In this document: positions 27,692 through 34,506 of the stretch, piece after piece
Layout: each line of letters starts with the position of its first letter
How positions within the stretch are numbered: position 1 is the stretch's first letter
Virus record (IMG/VR): IMGVR_UViG_2775507102_000001
Location: 274 to 64,273 of that record
Origin: a virus
Taxonomy: Duplodnaviria; Caudoviricetes
DNA length: 64,000 nucleotides
Reading direction: 5' to 3' (one strand)
Position numbers and translations under genes: made by a program
The notes under the pieces: model-generated
Told to the model about the DNA's origin: nothing
What the model saw: the letters and a program-made list of their open reading frames with translations, nothing else
The model's database searches: none

Positions 27692-27856
27692 CTACATCGG
27701 GACGATGGTGATCTGCGGCTGGGTGACGACGAGCTTGCGGCCGTACCGGGCGAGGACGGCTTCGAGTTCGGCGCGGCACTCTTCGGTCTTCCGTTGCTCG
27801 TCTTCAGCGACGATGCGGCGGGCTTCGTCGACAGGGTTGGTCTTCTCGTCGGCCAT
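27692..27856 (-). CDS. Small coiled-coil protein, possible fibre assembly chaperone (54 aa, not in ORF track)
   Basis: MADEKTNPVDEARRIVAEDEQRKTEECRAELEAVLARYGRKLVVTQPQITIVPM, directly after spike gene. Confidence 0.65.
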   Translation of the reverse strand: MADEKTNPVDEARRIVAEDEQRKTEECRAELEAVLARYGRKLVVTQPQITIVPM

Positions 27857-27880
27857 GGGCGCGGGCCTTTCGGATGCGGG

Positions 27881-29068
27881 TTAGGTGGTGCTGTCGGTGA
27901 TGAGCCCGATCGTGGCGAGCTGCGTGAGGAGGCTGGCGAGTGCGGCGTTGCCGCCTCGGGAGCCGGTCACGGTGCGCCGGGTGGTGTCGAAGACGACCCC
28001 GGCCGCGTTGCGGACCTTGAAAACGCCACCCTGGCTGTAGGCGATGACGCCGCCGGTCGGGTTCGTGGTGGGCGCCGTGGTGGCGTCCTTCATCGAGATG
28101 ACCGCGCCGCCGGAGCCGCCCAGGTCGCTGCTGGTCGAGCCGAGCTGCAGACTGTTGGTGTAGAAGCTGATCGCCCGGTGCACGATCGCCCCGCTGCTGC
28201 CAACCTCCAGCGTCGCCGTGCCCGCAGAGGTTTTCGTCTGGAACAGCGGCGAAGTGGTGGCCGCGATGCCGGTGACGACGAGGCCGGGCGTGGTGGTGTC
28301 GGGCTGCTTCACTTCGAGTGACGCTTCGGGCGCTTCACCGATGTCCATGCCGACGCCGGCCCGTCCGGTGCCTTTGACGACGAAGTCGTCGCGCCCGTTG
28401 TTGCGGAGGACGATCAGGTTGCCGGTGGTGGCGCCTTCGGTCGCGGTGAGGAAGATGCCTTGTGCGGCGGTGCCCGGCTTGCCGTTGCGCTGTAGGTCGA
28501 TGCTGAGCGCGGACGCGCCTGCATCGTCCGTGGCCCCTGCCCCGCCGTTCTTGTGGGTGACCTTCAGCGTTCCGCGGGCGGTCTCGTGCCCGGTCAGATA
28601 CATCGCCGAGTCGGTCGGCTTGTCCGAGATCACGTTCAGGGCGACACCGGAGGTGCCCGAGGTGGCGGCCTGATAGATCGTGACCACATGTTCGGTCGTC
28701 GACGTCGTCTTGAAGAACGCTGCCCGCACGGCCAGGTCGGCGAACAGGCCTCCGGTGAGCGTTCCGCCGGCGAGCGGCAGGAACTTGGCATCGGCGTAGG
28801 CCCGGTCGCCGTGCGGGTCGGTCGCGGCGACGTGCGCGTCGACCTTCGCCGTGGCGTCTGCGGCGGCTGTCGCGATCGCCGCCGCCTGCGCGGTTGCTGC
28901 GGAGCCGGCCGGGTCAGCACCTACGATCTCGGCGGTGAGCGTGACGCCGCCGGTGCGGCCGTTGACGCTGGATACGAGCCCGGCGTTGACGTGGACGATG
29001 CGGCCGGTCTGCCCGCCATTGACGGTGATGGAGTCGACGGGGCGTTCGCCGATGACGCGGATCCTCAC
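27881..29068 (-). CDS. Spike/fibre protein with phage hyaluronate lyase (HylP)-like triple beta-helix
   Basis: ALNVISD...SAMYLTGHETARGTLKVTH...ASALSIDL...GTAAQGIF...TTGNLI.LRN...DFVV parallels Streptococcus phage HylP as I recall it. Confidence 0.75.
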   Translation of the reverse strand: MRIRVIGERPVDSITVNGGQTGRIVHVNAGLVSSVNGRTGGVTLTAEIVGADPAGSAATAQAAAIATAAADATAKVDAHVAATDPHGDRAYADAKFLPLAGGTLTGGLFADLAVRAAFFKTTSTTEHVVTIYQAATSGTSGVALNVISDKPTDSAMYLTGHETARGTLKVTHKNGGAGATDDAGASALSIDLQRNGKPGTAAQGIFLTATEGATTGNLIVLRNNGRDDFVVKGTGRAGVGMDIGEAPEASLEVKQPDTTTPGLVVTGIAATTSPLFQTKTSAGTATLEVGSSGAIVHRAISFYTNSLQLGSTSSDLGGSGGAVISMKDATTAPTTNPTGGVIAYSQGGVFKVRNAAGVVFDTTRRTVTGSRGGNAALASLLTQLATIGLITDSTT

Positions 29069-30177
29069 CGGGTCACCTCCGGGGAGACGACTGCCCGGCC
29101 GTTGAGCAGCCGCACGACGGTGGGCCCGTTGACGACTTCCAGGTCCCAGCGTCCGTTGCGGGTCAGCGTGCCGGTGACCGCCGCGGGGACTGCGACGCGG
29201 ATCGTGCCGCCGATGATCTCCAGGTAGGGCGTGAGGTCGAGGAGGAGTTCACCGGCCTCGGATGCCTCCGACCGGATCTGCGAACGGGCTGTCCAGCCCT
29301 CCCAGGTGAAGTCCGGATCGTCGTCGACGACGAACTCCTGCACGAACGTGGCGCCTTGCTCGATGTACAGGTCCCAGTCTCCGGCGGACAACTCGGCCAC
29401 CTCCGGGATCTCCGTGTCGGCGGATACGGCGGTGAGCCTCGCCTCGCCGGACAGGGCGGCTGCCACGTGCGCGGACAGGACGGGCGCCGCAGTGAGGCTG
29501 CTGTCCGCACCGAGTGCGGCTGTGGCGCTGGCCGCTACGAGGGCGGCGGCACCGAGTGTCGTCTGCGCGGACAGGTCGGCGGATGCCGTCCACACGGCCC
29601 CGTTGGAGAGCGTGTTGACCAGATCGAACTCCGCGTAGTCGGCGGTGCCGGAGTCGCGGTGAGCGCTCATGTCGAGCGCGCACGCCTCCGCATCAGCAAC
29701 GATCCACGCCGGGGTGGCGAGAGTCCGTCTGGTCGTCCACGTGCTGCCGTCCGGGCTGGTGTCCCAAGTGAGGTTCACCCCGTCTTCGACGAGCCGCAGG
29801 AACAGGTGCGCGACCGGATCGTAGGTGAGCTCGACGGCCGCATCGTCCCAGTAGTCCGTCTCGGACACGCACCGCAGGAGCCCGCTCACGGCGTTCATCG
29901 AGAACCCGACCCGCGTACCAGCGACGGCACCCTGGACGGTGACCGCGAAGTACGCCTCAGCCGCGGCCCCGCCAGCGGCTGGCGCGGTGGGCACCTGCAC
30001 GAAGAAGCTCGCGCCGGCCAGCGTCCACGCGTAGCCGGTCTGACAGCCCGCATAGTCGGTAGTGCATGGCACGCGGGCCCGGCCGCCGACGACCGCCGTG
30101 CCGCCGTAGGAGTTGCCCCACTCGGGCCCGAGCGACCCCGCGTTGAAATTGTCGATCAAAGTGGAGAGGCTCGGCAT
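29065..30177 (-). CDS. Virion appendage protein: lectin-like N-domain, Ala-rich shaft, C-terminal BppU-like beta-sandwich
   Basis: 370 aa; C-terminal LYIEQGATF...WEGWTARSQIR...LDLT...RWDLEV....VVRLLNGRAVVSPEVTR. Confidence 0.7.
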   Translation of the reverse strand: MPSLSTLIDNFNAGSLGPEWGNSYGGTAVVGGRARVPCTTDYAGCQTGYAWTLAGASFFVQVPTAPAAGGAAAEAYFAVTVQGAVAGTRVGFSMNAVSGLLRCVSETDYWDDAAVELTYDPVAHLFLRLVEDGVNLTWDTSPDGSTWTTRRTLATPAWIVADAEACALDMSAHRDSGTADYAEFDLVNTLSNGAVWTASADLSAQTTLGAAALVAASATAALGADSSLTAAPVLSAHVAAALSGEARLTAVSADTEIPEVAELSAGDWDLYIEQGATFVQEFVVDDDPDFTWEGWTARSQIRSEASEAGELLLDLTPYLEIIGGTIRVAVPAAVTGTLTRNGRWDLEVVNGPTVVRLLNGRAVVSPEVTR

Positions 30178-30189
30178 GCGGGCCTCCGA

Positions 30190-30576
30190 TCACGCCAGGG
30201 ACAGAGTGAGCTGCCCCGCGGAAAGCACCAGCTCATCCCCCGCAGACACGGTGCGGGACGCAGTAAGCGGCCCATACCAGAGCCTCACCGGTGTCCCCGC
30301 CGAGTCCCAGATCTCCACACCGACGACGGTCGCGGCCGGCATACCCGACCAGACGAGGTCGGCCGAGTTGCTGGTGGCCCCGGCAACGGCTGCGGCGACA
30401 GCGAGATCCTGCCGCGCGTAGGAGCCACCGGTCACCTCGGTGCCCGCCGCCGTGTCCGTGCCGTTGGCTGTCACCAGCGCGACCTTCAGCGGGGTTGTGG
30501 GGCGGGTCGGGGTGCCGACGCCGAGGATCCAGTCGAGCGTTAGGTTTTCGGCGGTGTTGCTGAGGTTGTCGGCCAT
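30190..30576 (-). CDS. Small fibre/appendage structural protein
   Basis: 128 aa; LKVALVTANGTDTAAGTEVTGGSYARQ. Confidence 0.75.
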   Translation of the reverse strand: MADNLSNTAENLTLDWILGVGTPTRPTTPLKVALVTANGTDTAAGTEVTGGSYARQDLAVAAAVAGATSNSADLVWSGMPAATVVGVEIWDSAGTPVRLWYGPLTASRTVSAGDELVLSAGQLTLSLA

Positions 30577-30586
30577 GGTGCCTCCG

Positions 30587-32638
30587 TCAGTCGGTGCGGA
30601 TGATGTCGGAGACGGGCAGGACTTTGATGCCGCGGGCCGCGATCCCGTCCATGATCGCGTTGAAGTCGGCGAGACTGCACTGGTTCGTGGTCGTCGCCGC
30701 GCCGCTGGTGATCTCGTGGAAGGTCAGCTGGAGCCACGAGCCGGTCGACGCGCACCGGTCGAGCGGCCCACCGGCGGCGAGCATGGTCGACGGGTAGGCG
30801 GGGCTCGCCGCGCCGGCCATCGAGCCGATGCCCGTGATGCTCCGCATCCTGTAGGCCATGCCGGGCGGGACCGTCTCGGCGGCGTTGTCGGCTGAGCTGA
30901 TGCCGCGGCCGGTGCTGAAGTACCGGGCGGTGAGCTGGTCGATCGGGTCGCCGTCGGTGGTGGGCCCGAACCACCCGCCGGGGTAGGCGAAATGCTCCGA
31001 CGGGAAGCCGTTGGCGACCATCCAGGCGCGCAGAATCCGCAGCTCATCCAGCACGGCCTGCGTCGACAGGGTCGTGTACTTGGCGTTGTGCGCGGCGACC
31101 GTCGCGGCGTGCCCGGCGATCTCCCAGCCGCTGAAGTCCTGCATGCTGCGCATCTGCGCCTTGGTCAGGTAGACGCCGCTGGTGTCGACGACGTCAGCGA
31201 TCGTGTAGATCGTGCCGCGGTAGTTGAGCGAGTCCATCTTGGGCCGGGCCAGGGACCAGACCGAGGAGTAGCAGTCGTCGAACGTGATCGACACCGCTCC
31301 GCCGGGGAAGTCCGTCACCGTGCCGTCGATGAGCTCGACGGATTGCAGGTGGACGGTGGCCGCCCCGGTCCCCTTGTCGACGACCTGAAACGCCATGTCG
31401 GTGAAGCCGGACGTCGCCGACGGCACGCCGGTCGGACCGACGGTGTACGTGCCGGTTGGCGACCGGACACCGGACCACTGGAGCGTGACCGTGACCCATT
31501 CGCCGCTCTGCACCTGGTTCTGCGCCGTGGCGGAGTGCGTGAACACCCGCCAGCTGTAGCTGTTCGCGAGGGTGCTGCTGCCGACCAGGAAGTTTATTTG
31601 GTTGATCCTGGAGACGTCCGCCACTCGGAAGACGAGCCGGATCGCCTTGCCGGTCAGATCGAACTGCGGCGCCCCGTAGCGGCGGATGTTCGCGACCGCG
31701 CCTGTGCCCGTGGTGGTCATGGCGAACGACTGCGTGCCCTTCACGAACTGGCTGGTGTCGTTTGCGTTCGACGAGGCGACGCCAGAGCCGGACGTCGACC
31801 ATCCGTGGTTGGCCTGCATCAGCGTCACCGTGCTCGACGCATCCCGCCACGTCGGCCGGGATGTATGCGGCAGCAGCGGCAGCGCGAACCCGGAGGCGGT
31901 GAGCCGGCCGGTGACCTGGGCATTGTTGGTGACGTTCAGGGCGGACAGCCAGGCGGTGCCCTGCTCGATCGCCGAAACCCGGTTGAGGGCGTCGTTGAGG
32001 TAACCGTCGATCGCACTGACCGTGCTCCCCAACGCGAACTTGCTGTCGGCCCAGGAGCGGTCGCCGTGCGGATCCGCAGCGGCCACATGCCCGGCGACGG
32101 CTACTGTGGCCGTCCCCGCCGGGTCGGCGCCGACATCGGCGGCACTGAGCGACACGGTGCCCTGCTCACCGTTGACGGACTGGACCAGGTTCGTAGCCGG
32201 GTCGCCCGGATCACCCTGCGGACCTTCCGGACCTTCGGGGCCAGCCGGTCCAGCAGGCCCGGCGGGGCCTGTCACGACGACGTACTCGCCCTCCGACGGC
32301 GCGGTCGGCGCCACATCGGCCAGGTCGACAGCCGGCGCCGCAGCCGGGAGGGACAGCGGGTAGGAGCGGCCCGGCGTGTCGTACCAGCGTTCCGTCACCC
32401 GGTACGTCCACCCGACCGGTGTCACATCCGGATCGTCCGTGGCCAGCAGGCTGACAGTGAACTGGCCGTTGTTGTCGAGAACGACCTCGACGTCGCCGAT
32501 GACCAGCGTGCCGTGCGCCGCCGAGGTGAGTACCTCAGGCTCCGGGCGGAAGACGAGCCGGCCGCTGTACGGCGTGCCGTTGGGGTGCAGGTAGGTGCCG
32601 GTGACCGTGACGGTGGAGAGTCCGGGAGGCAGGGCCAC
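30587..32638 (-). CDS. Spike protein with N-terminal attachment domain, collagen hinge and C-terminal polysaccharide deacetylase (CE4/NodB)
   Basis: 683 aa; [22 protein letters not shown]; VSITFDD, EIAGH, HFAYPGG, LTFHEI. Confidence 0.82.
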   Translation of the reverse strand: MALPPGLSTVTVTGTYLHPNGTPYSGRLVFRPEPEVLTSAAHGTLVIGDVEVVLDNNGQFTVSLLATDDPDVTPVGWTYRVTERWYDTPGRSYPLSLPAAAPAVDLADVAPTAPSEGEYVVVTGPAGPAGPAGPEGPEGPQGDPGDPATNLVQSVNGEQGTVSLSAADVGADPAGTATVAVAGHVAAADPHGDRSWADSKFALGSTVSAIDGYLNDALNRVSAIEQGTAWLSALNVTNNAQVTGRLTASGFALPLLPHTSRPTWRDASSTVTLMQANHGWSTSGSGVASSNANDTSQFVKGTQSFAMTTTGTGAVANIRRYGAPQFDLTGKAIRLVFRVADVSRINQINFLVGSSTLANSYSWRVFTHSATAQNQVQSGEWVTVTLQWSGVRSPTGTYTVGPTGVPSATSGFTDMAFQVVDKGTGAATVHLQSVELIDGTVTDFPGGAVSITFDDCYSSVWSLARPKMDSLNYRGTIYTIADVVDTSGVYLTKAQMRSMQDFSGWEIAGHAATVAAHNAKYTTLSTQAVLDELRILRAWMVANGFPSEHFAYPGGWFGPTTDGDPIDQLTARYFSTGRGISSADNAAETVPPGMAYRMRSITGIGSMAGAASPAYPSTMLAAGGPLDRCASTGSWLQLTFHEITSGAATTTNQCSLADFNAIMDGIAARGIKVLPVSDIIRTD

Positions 32639-32701
32639 TGAAAACCTCCCGGACGAATTGGGGCCCCGCCGTCCGCGGGACCGGCACGAACGGCGGGACG
32701 A

Positions 32702-32926
32702 TCAGGCGGCCTTGGGTCGGCCCGGCTTCACCTTGGCTGCGGCCTCGATGGTCGGCAGGTGATAGAGCGGCTGGTCACCGTCGAGCGGAACTCGCTCGAT
32801 CTTGCCGCGGGTTTCCCAGACGCGGATCGTGCCGGGCTTCACGCCGGCCACTCGGGCGGCTTCCCAGATGTCGCCGAGGTCGCGCTGATACAGCTCGTAC
32901 AGCGCAGGGTTGGAGAAGGTCGGCAC
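32702..32926 (-). CDS. MerR-like HTH DNA-binding protein
   Basis: GGAGG RBS before GTG 32926; IWEAARVAGVKPGTIRVWETRGKI; 74 aa. Confidence 0.8.
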   Translation of the reverse strand: MPTFSNPALYELYQRDLGDIWEAARVAGVKPGTIRVWETRGKIERVPLDGDQPLYHLPTIEAAAKVKPGRPKAA

Positions 32927-32946
32927 GGCACCTCCCCGGAATGCGC

Positions 32947-32976
32947 AAACCCCCGCCGGATAGCTCACGGCGGGGG
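32947..32976 (-). terminator. Intrinsic terminator in leader of late operon
   Basis: 9-bp stem CCCCCGCCG-N9-CGGCGGGGG then TTT on minus strand. Confidence 0.65.
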
Positions 32977-33018
32977 CTCTGGGTGCTCTTGCGACGGGTG
33001 TTCCACCATCGACTTCGG

Positions 33019-33047
33019 AGATTACAGATTCAGCGATCAACTAGCAA
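33019..33047 (-). promoter_or_regulatory. Housekeeping-sigma-type promoter heading the late operon
   Basis: TTGCTA (33047-33042) - N17 - TAATCT (33024-33019). Confidence 0.65.
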
Positions 33048-33054
33048 GTAGGTG

Positions 33055-33354
33055 CTATCCGCTGGTCTCCGCGTACAGCTCCTCCCTCTCCTGGTGCTGC
33101 TCCTCCCAGCGCTTGTCGCAGCGCTTGCAGAGCCCTTCGGAGACCGGGGCGCCGGAGCCGAGGTAGAGGTGGTGGGCGCAGTAGTAGCCGCCGCAGCCGT
33201 ACTCGTCGCCGCCGGGCTCGTTGCCGCAGAGGTAGGCGAGGCCACGGTCGATCTGCTCGTTGCAGCCCTCCTCCTCGCAGACGGTCTCGACGCCGTATCC
33301 GGCGGTGATGCGCTCACCGTTCGGCCGGGTGATCTTATAGCAGGCGTTTCCCAT
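33055..33354 (-). CDS. Cys-rich (putative Zn-binding) hypothetical protein
   Basis: 99 aa; CEEEGC..IDRGLAYLCG....CGGYYC..H...LCKRC. Confidence 0.75.
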   Translation of the reverse strand: MGNACYKITRPNGERITAGYGVETVCEEEGCNEQIDRGLAYLCGNEPGGDEYGCGGYYCAHHLYLGSGAPVSEGLCKRCDKRWEEQHQEREELYAETSG

Positions 33355-33356
33355 GG

Positions 33357-33605
33357 CTAGACCTCCTGAGTTGTGAGGGTACGGACGTGTACGGGTATCG
33401 CCACTCCGCAGTGCTGCATCGCCCCTTCGAGCGCGGCCTGCGCCCCACTGTCCCGCCACGCCGCGGCAACATCGGCCCGGGCGAAGGTGAGCCGCAGCGT
33501 GCCGCCAACGACGGTGGGGGTGGCGTGGGCGAGGAGCATGCCCGCCGCCTGACGACGCAGAGACGTCGCGGCCAGCACCTGCGGCCACCAGATGGGTTCG
33601 GTCAT
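33357..33605 (-). CDS. Hypothetical protein
   Basis: 82 aa, operon spacing. Confidence 0.6.
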   Translation of the reverse strand: MTEPIWWPQVLAATSLRRQAAGMLLAHATPTVVGGTLRLTFARADVAAAWRDSGAQAALEGAMQHCGVAIPVHVRTLTTQEV

Positions 33606-33805
33606 GACGCAGCCTTCTCGCGGATGGCGTCGACGAGTCCCAGGTCATCGACTTCGATGACGGTCCCGCAGGTGCGGCAGGTGTATGTGCGGTCGCCGTA
33701 CCTGTCCGTGCCCTCGTCTTTCATTTCCTCGCCGTGGCAGTCGGGTACGCCGTCCTCGATCTCCATGCCGAGGACCAGCTCCATGCCGTAGATCGTCGGT
33801 TCCAT
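33602..33805 (-). CDS. Small acidic Zn-ribbon protein
   Basis: 67 aa; DCHGEEM...YTCRTCG; AAGGAG RBS. Confidence 0.7.
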   Translation of the reverse strand: MEPTIYGMELVLGMEIEDGVPDCHGEEMKDEGTDRYGDRTYTCRTCGTVIEVDDLGLVDAIREKAAS

Positions 33806-33816
33806 TGCGGTCTCCT

Positions 33817-34284
33817 TCACTGCTGATTGTTGGTTTTGGCCCACAGGCCGGTGGTCTTCGTCTGGACGGTGCGCTGGTCGACGTGGCCGGTGTAGTGCTG
33901 GTGGATCTCGGCGGGGGCGGCCTGGCCGGCTCGGCGCAGGAGCCGGGCCAGGGCGAGGATCGGCACGGCGATCGCGGCTGGCGCGGCGCAGATCATGCCA
34001 ATGACGGTCGGGTTGGCGTGCTCAGAGGCGACCATCACGGCGACCGCGATCAGGCCCGGGGGCACGGTGGCGAGGCTGCAGAACATGACGGCCCGGGCGG
34101 TCTCGGTGGTGCGCTGCGACATCGGCGGGATGCCGGGCTGCGGTACGGGCGGGGCGTCTCCGTACCGCGGGAGCGGGGTCTGGTCACGGTAGGAGGTGGC
34201 GAAGTCGGCGATGATCTGGCGCGCCTGCGCTTCAGCCTCGGCGTCGGTCATTCCGGTGCGGGTCGGGTCGGTCTTGGCGGACAT
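33817..34284 (-). CDS. Two-TM membrane protein, Spd (spread)-like
   Basis: 155 aa; two hydrophobic segments; downstream of traB. Confidence 0.7.
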   Translation of the reverse strand: MSAKTDPTRTGMTDAEAEAQARQIIADFATSYRDQTPLPRYGDAPPVPQPGIPPMSQRTTETARAVMFCSLATVPPGLIAVAVMVASEHANPTVIGMICAAPAAIAVPILALARLLRRAGQAAPAEIHQHYTGHVDQRTVQTKTTGLWAKTNNQQ

Positions 34285-34410
34285 GGCGGGCTCCTGCGGG
34301 GTGATCGTTCCGGGTGGTCTGGGGGCTGTTCGGGCCGTCCTGGCCCTCGTCCGGGCCTGTGTTTGTGCTGGTCAGGGTTCGGCGGTGGCCCGTCTGCAGG
34401 GTCGAGGGGC

Positions 34411-34505
34411 CCGTCCCGGCCGGACGGAGTCGCGACGGCCGGGACGGGGGCTGGACGGGGTTCATACCGGGTCAAACCAGGTCAGTGGACGGGGGTTGGA
34501 CGGGG
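34411..34505. repeat. clt-like locus: 8-bp direct repeats GGACGGGG (CCCCGTCC on minus)
   Basis: Exact copies at 34442, 34453, 34487, 34498 (two pairs at 11-bp spacing), 1-mismatch copy at 34422; 11-bp inverted repeat 34411-34421/34437-34447; ends 2 nt from traB stop. Confidence 0.75.
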
Positions 34506-34506
34506 C

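Noticed and set aside
34411-34505. Short repeats as a CRISPR array
   Set aside because: Repeats are 8 bp with 3-bp spacers, no cas genes; better explained as clt
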